From an uncultured virus (IMG/VR IMGVR_UViG_3300030372_001717) (lineage: Duplodnaviria > Heunggongvirae > Uroviricota > Caudoviricetes), in the IMG/VR virus record IMGVR_UViG_3300030372_001717: DNA of 20,000 nucleotides, one strand, 5' to 3'. A program made the position numbers and the translations under genes. Below the pieces are notes generated by a model. It did no database searches, was not told the DNA's origin, and saw only the letters and a program-made list of their open reading frames with translations. This document shows positions 1 through 8,873 of this stretch, piece after piece (the first letter of the stretch is position 1; each line of letters starts with the position of its first letter).

Positions 1-1337
1 GTTAAAGATAAAATTTCTTTAACTGCGTTTTCTGCTAAAACACTTTTAACCCGATCACTTTTATCAAAAAAGTTTTGTTTTAAACCAACTTCAGCTAGAG
101 AGTTTACTTTATTTTCAATAAAACTTTGAATTGCTGGATTAGTAATTTTCACTGAATCCTGTAGAATCCTATCTGTTGGAGTTCCACTGGGAATAAATCT
201 AAAAGGAAACTCACCGTTGATAAAAGAAGATTGGTCAAAAAACAAAGCACTTCTTGCAGAATATGGACTAAATTCCCCGCCTAATTGTTCGCGTTGGATT
301 TTAGCCATTGAATTAAAAAGAAATGATTTGTTAGCTTCAGCTTTTCTTTGAGCGTCTGTTTCTGTTGAACCCGAGTCAGGTGTAATTTTTTCTAAACGCA
401 AACCTATGTTTTTTAACTTTTGTAAGGAAAAAATGCTTTTTTCTCCTTCACCACCTCTTTCTACGATAGCTCCAATTTCCAAACCATCACCCGCTTTTGA
501 GACAGAACCGTAAATTGGAATTCGTCCCGCATCGTCCTTGTAATATTGTCCCTTTTTATCTCCTTTTTCATAAACAAGGCGATAGTCAATGGTGCCTAAT
601 GTTGCACTTGGTTTTGACTTTGGAGTTGTCACCTTGCCTTTTAATTTATCTGAAAGGTTTGTATAGCTTACTACCGTTTCTCCCGGTTTGAGGGGCCTAG
701 CCGCCTTGGTTCGTACATTTATCGGATCTTTAAGTACACCCTCTGAACCTCTTTCTTGCCGAACTTGAACGGGTTGACCATCTGGACCCGCATGTACCAT
801 CTCGCCGTCTTCACCTTTTGAAACAACGTAAAGCACGTTTTCAAACGGAGGTTTATCTGTTTTTTTAGTGGGGTCTGTCATCAACTTTAGAGCAAGGTTT
901 TTTCTTAAGGCGTCTTCTTCCTGTATCTGTTGCAATGCAGAAAGCTTTAACTGGCGATCTTCTTGAGCCCTAGCATTCTCTATAGCCCTGCGCTGTTGCA
1001 TCATTTGAGTGGCAACTGCACCTGCCGTCCCGGCAAGCGGAGAAAAAAGTTCTCTAGATATTGTAGAAATAGGCGCTTCACCTCTTTTGGGCGTAGCACC
1101 TGCTGCTGCAAAACCTTGTTGCGCCAAAGCCAAAGCAAGCTGCAACTTGCCCAGATCTTGTGCTTCTTGCAGTTGCTTAGAATAATCCGTCTGGCCTAAA
1201 AACTTAGACAAGTCCTGCTGTCGCTGACCCACTCTAGCCATATCCAAACTTGTAATACCTTGGTTTGGAGCTTTGCCTAATTGAGTAAACGTATTTACAA
1301 AATTTTGAATGTTGTTTGAATTAGTTGGGTTAGCCAT
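1..1337 (-). CDS. Large internal virion / DNA-ejection protein, N-terminal ~445 aa (runs off window edge)
   Basis: Absent from the ORF track. Manual translation from ATG at 1337 (MANPTNSNNIQNFVNTFTQLGKAP...QEAQDLGKLQLALALAQQGFAAAGATP...) stays open to position 1. Helical Ala/Gln-rich N-terminus; last gene in the ejection-protein cluster. Confidence 0.75.
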   Translation of the reverse strand, partial: MANPTNSNNIQNFVNTFTQLGKAPNQGITSLDMARVGQRQQDLSKFLGQTDYSKQLQEAQDLGKLQLALALAQQGFAAAGATPKRGEAPISTISRELFSPLAGTAGAVATQMMQQRRAIENARAQEDRQLKLSALQQIQEEDALRKNLALKLMTDPTKKTDKPPFENVLYVVSKGEDGEMVHAGPDGQPVQVRQERGSEGVLKDPINVRTKAARPLKPGETVVSYTNLSDKLKGKVTTPKSKPSATLGTIDYRLVYEKGDKKGQYYKDDAGRIPIYGSVSKAGDGLEIGAIVERGGEGEKSIFSLQKLKNIGLRLEKITPDSGSTETDAQRKAEANKSFLFNSMAKIQREQLGGEFSPYSARSALFFDQSSFINGEFPFRFIPSGTPTDRILQDSVKITNPAIQSFIENKVNSLAEVGLKQNFFDKSDRVKSVLAENAVKEILSL

Positions 1338-1346
1338 GAGAGATCC

Positions 1347-2492
1347 CTACGCCATGCCTTGCATCATAGATTCTAACATCTGTGGGTCCATGCCCATGGG
1401 CTCTGTACCCGTAGCCATAATACCAGATGGTCCTTGGGCCATGTTCCCTACAGCGTCAACCAGTGCTCCTGTCTCTGCGGCCATGCCGTCAGCAACAGCG
1501 CCCTGAGAACCAATTTCTGTGATCCCTCCACTAACGTCAGCAACATCGGCCAACTCTTCCTGCATCAAGGCCCCTATGCCCTTGTCAATTTCTGCTAGTT
1601 GCAACGTTGGCTGCACAAGAGCTAGGACAGAGTCTGGTGTCCTTTGAGCATCTTCTGGCCCTACAACGCTGGCTAACTTAGAGCGGTAAAACTCAACGTC
1701 AGCGTCATCCTGCCACACCACGTTCATCAGTTCTTTAAAGTCACCCGCCGTGTCTAGACTGGACATGGTCTGACCAACCTCTTCTTCGACGGCACCCGAT
1801 ATGGCATCTTCGTTTAGTTCTTGAGACGCCTCATTCAAGCTGGTGCTTGCCATTTGCATGACTTCGGGCGGTAGGTCCTGGGCTTGTTGAAGTATCATGG
1901 CCTCTTCTTCAGGTGCCATGAACGGCATGTCGGCCATTGTCTCACCGCCCATCTGGGCAGACATCATGCCACCCTCGTTAGCAAACTCAACGCCGCGCCC
2001 TTTTAAAATATCCGCGTAGGTAACTTCTCCGTCCCCCGTCAGATCAGGAAAGGACTTTTTAGCTTCGCCACCTTCAGCTAACAGGTTCAACATGTTTCCT
2101 GTCGCACCTGGGTTTGATCTTTGGGCTTCCATCTGTTGCTGCAAAACCTGTCTCACGTAAGGTGCTAATGGTCCGGAATTCATTTCAGCGAAAGTACGAA
2201 AGCCTTGTTGAGGCCTGCCGCTACCACCACCTAACGTGCTGTTGACCATAGAAGATAATTGATCTGCTTGCTGCGAAACATTGTCGGCGTAACTACTAAT
2301 ACGGTCATTTAAAGTTTCTAAACCGCCCAGCGTACTCTGCAATTGACCTTGAATACCGCCCCCACCTTGAGCAACACCAAGTTGTGCAGGTTGCGACATA
2401 CCAGAAAAACCCATGGAGGGTCTACCCGGAGTTGCAAAGCCACCGCTGGCACGGTCACGGAACATAGATCTGTTAAATGGGGTGGGAGACAT
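1347..2492 (-). CDS. Putative internal virion protein (381 aa), Met/Gly/Gln-rich, with AxGG motifs and a DxxGDGxVxxxD loop
   Basis: Long ORF with SD-like TAAGGA upstream. Motifs RASGG, LAEGG, ANEGG, AQMGG, FPDLTGDGEVTYADILKGRGV and acidic C-half (..VGPEDAQRTPDSVLALVQP..). Function inferred from position. Confidence 0.65.
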   Translation of the reverse strand: MSPTPFNRSMFRDRASGGFATPGRPSMGFSGMSQPAQLGVAQGGGGIQGQLQSTLGGLETLNDRISSYADNVSQQADQLSSMVNSTLGGGSGRPQQGFRTFAEMNSGPLAPYVRQVLQQQMEAQRSNPGATGNMLNLLAEGGEAKKSFPDLTGDGEVTYADILKGRGVEFANEGGMMSAQMGGETMADMPFMAPEEEAMILQQAQDLPPEVMQMASTSLNEASQELNEDAISGAVEEEVGQTMSSLDTAGDFKELMNVVWQDDADVEFYRSKLASVVGPEDAQRTPDSVLALVQPTLQLAEIDKGIGALMQEELADVADVSGGITEIGSQGAVADGMAAETGALVDAVGNMAQGPSGIMATGTEPMGMDPQMLESMMQGMA

Positions 2493-2505
2493 TCTCTATT
2501 CCTTA

Positions 2506-3510
2506 CTAAAATAATCCGCCAAGCTGCTTGGCGGCTGCTGCGGTCCCAAGAAGCCCAGTGCCTACGCCTGCTACCTGTTGAAAGGCAGAAGGTGTCGGAG
2601 CACTAGGAGATACTTGAGAACCGAGAACGGTTTGTGTAGAAGGCGCTCCTTTATATATGTCCGAAAGGAAAGCAAGCCTACTGTATGGTTCGTATAGTTG
2701 AGCTTGTTCGTTTGCCCTGGTTGCATCCAAGACAGCTTGGTCTTGGGCCTGTTGTTGTGCGCCCAAGTTCTGTAGAACACCAAGATCTTTCACGCCCATC
2801 TGTTGCATGGCCTGTGCCGCACCCAACTGCTGCCCACCAATGCCAGCTTGTTGTGCTCCTAAGTTACCGTACAGACTAGCAATGCCACCGTACAATTGTG
2901 CTTGGTTCTGTTGTCGGCGTTGTTGGTTTTCAAAAGCTGTCTGAGCCGTTTGAAGGGCTTGGTTGTAGTTTTGTGCATTAAGTTGAGCAAGAGCCCTTGC
3001 CTGCGAATCTGCTAAGTTACGGTCTAGTTCTGCCGACTGTATGCCAAAACGGCTACCACCAAAGGCACCTGCCCGTTGAGCTTGCGTTGCAAGCCTGTTC
3101 TGAGCAATAGCACCCTGCCTGTTTAATTCGGCAATGGTGTTATCAATAACCTGTTGCTGGTATGGGTTTGTGTAAGCAGTAAGATCTGAAGGTGCAAACA
3201 ACTGGCCCGTGCCTGCAATAGACTGCTGCGCTGCACCTATTGGATCTTGCGCCTGACCCAACGTAGTCAAACCTGTAGCTAATGTGTCCGCGCCTGTAGT
3301 AAGTAAAGGCTGGTATCCGCCTATGCCACCTTCAGCGCCTGCGGCTGTTATGGCTTGTTGTTGCAAATCAGAAAGACCTGCAACCTGTTGTTTAGGTAAT
3401 TCAATCCCTATGTCGGCAAGATCTTTGGCAGATTGAACAAGACCCAGTTTTAGGGCCTCAATCTCCGGGGCTTCCCGGACTATCTGTTCCTGTATAGTTC
3501 TTTCAACCAT
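2506..3510 (-). CDS. DNA transfer / pilot (ejection) protein, Gln/Ala-rich coiled coil (334 aa)
   Basis: YTNPYQQQVID...AGAFGGSRFGIQSAEL motif recalled from HTVC010P-like podovirus ejection proteins; long Q/A-rich helices; Gly-rich hydrophobic C-terminus. Confidence 0.7.
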   Translation of the reverse strand: MVERTIQEQIVREAPEIEALKLGLVQSAKDLADIGIELPKQQVAGLSDLQQQAITAAGAEGGIGGYQPLLTTGADTLATGLTTLGQAQDPIGAAQQSIAGTGQLFAPSDLTAYTNPYQQQVIDNTIAELNRQGAIAQNRLATQAQRAGAFGGSRFGIQSAELDRNLADSQARALAQLNAQNYNQALQTAQTAFENQQRRQQNQAQLYGGIASLYGNLGAQQAGIGGQQLGAAQAMQQMGVKDLGVLQNLGAQQQAQDQAVLDATRANEQAQLYEPYSRLAFLSDIYKGAPSTQTVLGSQVSPSAPTPSAFQQVAGVGTGLLGTAAAAKQLGGLF

Positions 3511-3512
3511 GG

Positions 3513-5402
3513 CTACGCCCTCATCTCAAAGTTACGCATCATGGCGTACAGGTTCTTGGCACCATTCTTACGATCTATTTCTTTATTTCCCGTGGGGTTT
3601 TTAGCGGCCCCACGCACGGCCTTGCTCGTCAACACAAACTCACCATCAGAAAGCATAGCGGGAATGTCATCAGAGGTTTCGGTTCCCGGACCCTCAACTA
3701 ACATCTCGCGTCTAGGAAACTCCATAGAGCCACCTTTTGCTCTGCCTACCGGAACTAATGGTCTACTAGACGGAACATACTGAAAAGGATCAATATCACG
3801 AACTTTATACTTTTCTGGGTCCTGTTGGAATAGCTCATACCCAGAAGGGCCAAGGTCAGCTACAAAACCTGCCAAATCTCCCTGACCAACGGTTTCTGGT
3901 TCTTCTTCATCAAAAGCGCCACCAAGATATGCGGCCCCTGTTCCAACAGCAGCAAGAGGACCATACGTCCTCAACGCACCTGCACTAAAACCTTTACCCG
4001 GAGCTACAAGTTCGGTTGCTGTATCTTTTAAAATCTCATACTGCGCGGCGGTAACAGTGTCAGGGTTTACGCCTGCTGCTTTTAAAGCTTGCCCAGGAGT
4101 GTAGGTCGTGCCAAAGACAACGTCTGATGTTTTGTCAAGAAAGTCTTTAGTTCCTACAGAGGCTGCAAGTTTTTCTGGGGTAAGGTTTTCTAAGTTACTT
4201 AAACTTGTTGAAAATGCAGATGGTGTTGGTGCTGAAGTCGGCACAGTAGGCACGTAACCATCAAACAAATTTGGTCCTCCTAATAACTCTCCCGAGGTAG
4301 CTCCGGGTCCTAGTGAATAAGTAGTTCCAGTTTGTACAGGAACTACTGGTCGAGCAGCAGGAGCAGGTTGTAGATCCGCAAACTGTTGAAAACTTTGCCT
4401 GGGATTAGCAGAAGCAACTTGAATTCCATCTGCAAGATTTCCCGGCGTTCTATTAGCTAAAAACTCACCTGCCCGTACGTCTGGTTTAACCGCCGCAATG
4501 GGAGTAGTAGGACTAGGAACTAAAGAACTTGTTTGATCCATACCAACAAAACCCGGAGTTGTTGACGTTGCGGGGTCACCAAAAATCCGTCCTTTCCCAG
4601 TAAGGGTTGCATCCAAAACATCGCCGCCAAAAAGACTTTTAAACTGAGCTTCAGAAGCCAACGCACTTGCTTCTCTCGCTGCGCCACCTCCTAGAACATC
4701 CGCAAAAGGTGAAGCAGCATATTGAGTTCCAATTTGAGTTCCTGCTTCAAATACAGGGGTAGCTCCAGTGAAGGCACCTTTTATAGCACCCCCAAAATCT
4801 CCGCCTTTCATCAAAGATCCTAGACCCGCAGTAGCAACGCTTAATCCACCACTTAAAAGACCAGACTTGAAAGCATCTTTGACACTGCCGCCACCCACCA
4901 AAGTTCCTATGCCGCTACCTAGAAAAGATGCACCAAATGTACCTGCGCCAAAAGCAGGTCCAAGAAAAGGTATACCAAAAGCCGCCGCCGCTATTGGAAG
5001 AACAATAGGCGCAGCCTTCTTTACAATCTTGGCAACCTTTTTGACGGCCTTCTTGACCGCCCTAAATACGCTCTTGAAGAAGAACTCAGGAAGGCCCGTA
5101 ACGGGGTTTATGCTGTTTAATTCGTTACCTACAACAAATTCTTGCGGGTCAAGGCCCATGTCTTTCATTTGATTAAACAGAAGTTCTTTTACTTTTGGGT
5201 TAGCGTTCAAAACTTCTAGAGGTACAACTGTCTCGCCTTCAGCGGCGTGTACAACGTAAATGTCGCCGTTGCGGCCATATTCAGCTAGTTTTTTAGCTTG
5301 GTCTTGGAAAGAGGCAAGGCCCACTGGAGCCAGTTCGTAATCCGGTGATGCTTCTGCAAAAGAAGCTATACCGTTGTTTGGTGTAGAGTAAGTTTCTAAC
5401 AT
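3513..5402 (-). CDS. Internal virion / DNA-ejection protein (629 aa)
   Basis: Start moved to ATG 5402 (TGATG overlap with upstream stop). N-terminal GRNGDIYVVH..GETVVP..SINPVTGLPEFFF, cationic helix plus Gly-rich hydrophobic stretch, low-complexity middle, C-terminal GPGTETSDDIPAMLSDGEFV domain. Confidence 0.72.
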   Translation of the reverse strand: MLETYSTPNNGIASFAEASPDYELAPVGLASFQDQAKKLAEYGRNGDIYVVHAAEGETVVPLEVLNANPKVKELLFNQMKDMGLDPQEFVVGNELNSINPVTGLPEFFFKSVFRAVKKAVKKVAKIVKKAAPIVLPIAAAAFGIPFLGPAFGAGTFGASFLGSGIGTLVGGGSVKDAFKSGLLSGGLSVATAGLGSLMKGGDFGGAIKGAFTGATPVFEAGTQIGTQYAASPFADVLGGGAAREASALASEAQFKSLFGGDVLDATLTGKGRIFGDPATSTTPGFVGMDQTSSLVPSPTTPIAAVKPDVRAGEFLANRTPGNLADGIQVASANPRQSFQQFADLQPAPAARPVVPVQTGTTYSLGPGATSGELLGGPNLFDGYVPTVPTSAPTPSAFSTSLSNLENLTPEKLAASVGTKDFLDKTSDVVFGTTYTPGQALKAAGVNPDTVTAAQYEILKDTATELVAPGKGFSAGALRTYGPLAAVGTGAAYLGGAFDEEEPETVGQGDLAGFVADLGPSGYELFQQDPEKYKVRDIDPFQYVPSSRPLVPVGRAKGGSMEFPRREMLVEGPGTETSDDIPAMLSDGEFVLTSKAVRGAAKNPTGNKEIDRKNGAKNLYAMMRNFEMRA

Positions 5403-5722
5403 CAAGAAAGCTCCAAGACACTTGCAAAGACAAAAATCTTTGACGCTGTATCACAGTTTAATTTTAGCGCATCACTGGCCTCAAGAACAAATGGACCAAC
5501 GAGAGACGTGTCTGCGTCAGTTCCGATACTAGCTTTCTTTAGTGTTATAGTAGCTGATGCAGAACTGTCCGTTATCTTTGGAAGTACCACTATAGTACCA
5601 GAATGGCTGTTGTACAATTGTATGTTTTTAATTATCGCCTCAGTAGCGGTAGGGCAGGTGTAGACAGTAACGTCCCCCGTAGACCCTATTAGAGATGCAA
5701 TATTTTTATATGCAGAGGCCAT
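5402..5722 (-). CDS. Small beta-rich structural protein (106 aa, MASAYKN...FASVLELS)
   Basis: ATG at 5722 overlaps the upstream TAA (TAATG), a better start than 5737. Motifs VYTCP and FVLEASDALK resemble small genes found after HTVC010P-like nozzle genes (recalled). Confidence 0.7.
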   Translation of the reverse strand: MASAYKNIASLIGSTGDVTVYTCPTATEAIIKNIQLYNSHSGTIVVLPKITDSSASATITLKKASIGTDADTSLVGPFVLEASDALKLNCDTASKIFVFASVLELS

Positions 5723-5889
5723 TAATTTAAAAACCAACCTTTGCCGTTATCGTCATCTTCGCCGCTTATAACATCAGGAAAATCTATCTTAGTAAGCGCC
5801 CTTTCCAGGTCCCGTAGTATTAACACAAATGTGTCCGGATCATACTCATCCGGTGCTAAAGGCATTGCTTGGTCTAGTAATCTTGGCAT
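5722..5889 (-). CDS. Small acidic hypothetical protein (55 aa)
   Basis: Below the ORF-track cutoff. MPRLLDQAMPLAPDEYDPDTFVLILRDLERALTKIDFPDVISGEDDDNGKGWFLN exactly fills the gap, with TAATG overlaps at both ends. Confidence 0.8.
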   Translation of the reverse strand: MPRLLDQAMPLAPDEYDPDTFVLILRDLERALTKIDFPDVISGEDDDNGKGWFLN

Positions 5890-8177
5890 TATCTTAATCC
5901 ATCCGGTCTAACGTTTAATCTCAGGTCACCAAGAGTCCACGCTACGTCTGTAACAGTGCTCTCAATACGCAAAGCTGCTTGCCGGGACCGACTACGCAAG
6001 AACGCCTGTTGAGTAGTAGACTGAACCGCGCTTGTAGAGTTGGTGGACAAGCTATCTCCAGGGAAGTTTCGTGTTTTTAAAATGTAATTAACAGCCGCGC
6101 TAGTATCGCTACCCGTAATACTGATGTCCGGAATCAAACGATCTATAAACATAAACTGTTCACCGTCGCCTAAATCAAAGTCCGCAGACTCTATAAAAGA
6201 AGTCATTGCAGCGCCGTCTGCATTGTTTCCGGTCTCATGTATGTAAACGTAGTTGACATCTCCGTCTTTACCGCAAGCCCTTGGATTGTCATGTATGCCG
6301 TAATCTACCCAAGCTGTTCTGGATAAAGTACCCAAGTCCCATGTGTTTTCAGTAAAGTTGAATTTGACGTAACGATCTATCTCCGTAGAACTGGCGGTAG
6401 GATAAAACCAAAACACCTCATCAAACATTTTATTCGACGCTGCAAAACATTTGAAGCCTTGCTCCAAGTTTATGTCGTCAAATACATACCTAAGCAGGGT
6501 ACAAGGTATAACTTGTATACGTCCCGTGTAGACGTAGAAGTTTTCTCTGTCCATCCAGAAAACCTTGTCGCCTACTGTAGTTGCCGCGTTTGGTCCTATG
6601 ATAGACACGTTACTGGCAACCATGCCTATCCTAAACGCACCAAAGTCTCCCCCACCTGAAGTCATAGAATGAAGAGAAGTGTCCGTCCAAATTAACATTT
6701 CTTGGCGAGTTTTCTTGGCTGATATTATTTCGGAACCAGAAGATACCCGTATAGAATCTGCTGTGTTTGTTGCAGTGGGAGTCCAGTCAAACGGATCTTC
6801 TAGACTTGACCACCTTACCAAAAGCAAATCTTGTTGTGTTTCTCCCAAAGGATTGCAGGCAAAACAAACCAAGTGCCTAGCTTGCGGGGCCATCATTATT
6901 CTACGAGTAATTGTAGGTGCTCCAGAAGCCCCTGTCTGCGAGGCAAGAGAAGTAGCTCTATTACCTAAACCAAGCGTCTTGTCCCAATAGTAAGGTGCTC
7001 CATCATAAACGTTAAAAGCAAGATCTTCACCCCAATTGTCTTGGGTCCACAACCTAATGTTAGAACCAACCTCCGCCGAAGTAGATGACTCGTCGCCCCA
7101 TCCAACAAAATCATTAGCTTCCTTAACACCTACACCATCATCATGTGCAACGGCTAAGGTTCCTCTTGCACCTCTTACTACCCCAGCGTTAATGGTGTTA
7201 GAAGACTTTCCGGTGTATTGAACTAATTCGTCTTCAATCAACATAAGACCAACAAAGGTCACCGTGTCACCACTTGAAGAAGACGCAGCGGTAGTGCCGT
7301 CGTCACCTCTGATTATGTCGCCAAACACATTATTAGAATTACTGCCGTAACGAATGTTTTCGCTGCCAATCTTTATGGTTCCTTTACTTGGAAAACCAGA
7401 AGAGTCTGCTACAGCTATTGTTGTGTCAGAAGCAGAACGGTCAGAAGATGTGGTGGTACTTGCCGTTTCAAAATCTGCCGCACTTGTTAGCGTAAAAGAA
7501 GTATCTGAGTTACTAATGCCACCAGAATCATTTAAGGTAGTTTGAGTGTATCCCGTTACATAACCACCCCACAAACCTGCTCCCCAACCATTACCTGCTA
7601 TGACCGTTCCAAGACCCGTATTGATTTGATAAACGGCTATGACAGAAGAACCGCCACCAGAGGTGTTACCGGAAGAAGCCGAGCCTGCGGTTGATATGGT
7701 GAAAGAATTTGAATCAATTAAAGTTATTTGGTGCTCTTTATTAAGTTGACCCGTTGTTATACCGTCTACGGCGGTGGCACCACTAAACGTCACAAAGTCA
7801 CCTTCGACAGCACCGTGAGAAGGCGCAGTCACCGTCACTACTCCACTACCAGAAGAACCTGTTTTAAGTGGGTTTGATCCTAGTGTGGTTGTCGTTCTAA
7901 TAGGAGTTATGTCGTTGTAGCCACCGCCCTCTTCAATGTAAAATTTAGATTCCGTGCCAAGACCTAGATATTTAGAACCGTTTAATGCTGCCCATACATG
8001 TAAAGAACGACCTGTTCCTTCTATGGTGTTACTACTAAGACGTTCCCAACCGCCCATTTTTTCAGGACGACCTTTACGAAAACGGATTAAATCAGAATTA
8101 AACCACCCGTTCTCATTAGCATAAGAGGTGGTTTCTCGATTTACGCCCGGTTGAAATTGTATTTTACTTAGAGGCAT
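5889..8177 (-). CDS. Tail nozzle / DNA stabilization protein #2 (P22 gp10 / tubular protein B-like, HTVC010P-type), 762 aa
   Basis: N-terminus MPLSKIQFQPGVNRETTSY..GWF..IRFRKGRPEKMGGW, beta-propeller-like core (LLVRWS..WTPTATNTA, FDEVFWFYP, LSRTAWVD) and C-terminus RPDGLR; directly upstream of ejection genes. Confidence 0.8.
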   Translation of the reverse strand: MPLSKIQFQPGVNRETTSYANENGWFNSDLIRFRKGRPEKMGGWERLSSNTIEGTGRSLHVWAALNGSKYLGLGTESKFYIEEGGGYNDITPIRTTTTLGSNPLKTGSSGSGVVTVTAPSHGAVEGDFVTFSGATAVDGITTGQLNKEHQITLIDSNSFTISTAGSASSGNTSGGGSSVIAVYQINTGLGTVIAGNGWGAGLWGGYVTGYTQTTLNDSGGISNSDTSFTLTSAADFETASTTTSSDRSASDTTIAVADSSGFPSKGTIKIGSENIRYGSNSNNVFGDIIRGDDGTTAASSSSGDTVTFVGLMLIEDELVQYTGKSSNTINAGVVRGARGTLAVAHDDGVGVKEANDFVGWGDESSTSAEVGSNIRLWTQDNWGEDLAFNVYDGAPYYWDKTLGLGNRATSLASQTGASGAPTITRRIMMAPQARHLVCFACNPLGETQQDLLLVRWSSLEDPFDWTPTATNTADSIRVSSGSEIISAKKTRQEMLIWTDTSLHSMTSGGGDFGAFRIGMVASNVSIIGPNAATTVGDKVFWMDRENFYVYTGRIQVIPCTLLRYVFDDINLEQGFKCFAASNKMFDEVFWFYPTASSTEIDRYVKFNFTENTWDLGTLSRTAWVDYGIHDNPRACGKDGDVNYVYIHETGNNADGAAMTSFIESADFDLGDGEQFMFIDRLIPDISITGSDTSAAVNYILKTRNFPGDSLSTNSTSAVQSTTQQAFLRSRSRQAALRIESTVTDVAWTLGDLRLNVRPDGLR

Positions 8178-8864
8178 TTACTCACCCATCATAGGCCAAT
8201 CATACATTGGTGCGTTACCCGTGGGCTTACCATCGCTGTCCACAGGTGTATCAAACAACGCTTTAAAAGAAGTAAACACAGCGGCTACTTCAGCATCGTG
8301 ATCAGATACTATTTTCTTTTCAGCATCCGTGCGGTCATCCTCAAGTTTTGCTCTTGCCGCTGCATAATTTGAAGGAGTTTCTGGATAGGTTATATCTGTT
8401 ATACTCTTTCTAATAGCAGTACATGCTGTAATAACTGCTGCACGATAAGTTGCTACATCAGAATCAACAGCACGATCACGTTCTGCTTTTGCTATCACTT
8501 GCCAATCTGTAGGAGCTAAAAGGCCGTTAGCTTTTTCTTTTATTCTATTAACCCACTGAGATTTAAGACCAGGTGTAATTACTTGATTACCGTCTGCATC
8601 AAGAATAGCCTTACCATCGTTATCAACTTCTTTTACATCCTCAAGACTTCGTTCTTTAGAAGTCCAAGTACCATCTATATGTGGCCCATTTACCCAATAA
8701 AACTTACTATCTGGTTTTGTTTGTATACTAACTTCTTTAATACCATAAGAAGCTTTAACATCATCTGACCATACAGATGCCCAGTTGCTTGGATGCTGTA
8801 GCCCATTGTCATCAACCCAAGACTTACCGGGCTTTAATTCTTTTGTATTATTTAATACAAACAT
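8178..8864 (-). CDS. Putative tail fibre assembly chaperone (228 aa)
   Basis: Follows fibre genes; SD-like AGGAG upstream; chaperone-like motifs ANGLLAPTDW..YRAAV.. and terminal WP. Confidence 0.6.
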   Translation of the reverse strand: MFVLNNTKELKPGKSWVDDNGLQHPSNWASVWSDDVKASYGIKEVSIQTKPDSKFYWVNGPHIDGTWTSKERSLEDVKEVDNDGKAILDADGNQVITPGLKSQWVNRIKEKANGLLAPTDWQVIAKAERDRAVDSDVATYRAAVITACTAIRKSITDITYPETPSNYAAARAKLEDDRTDAEKKIVSDHDAEVAAVFTSFKALFDTPVDSDGKPTGNAPMYDWPMMGE

Positions 8865-8873
8865 CTCTATCTC

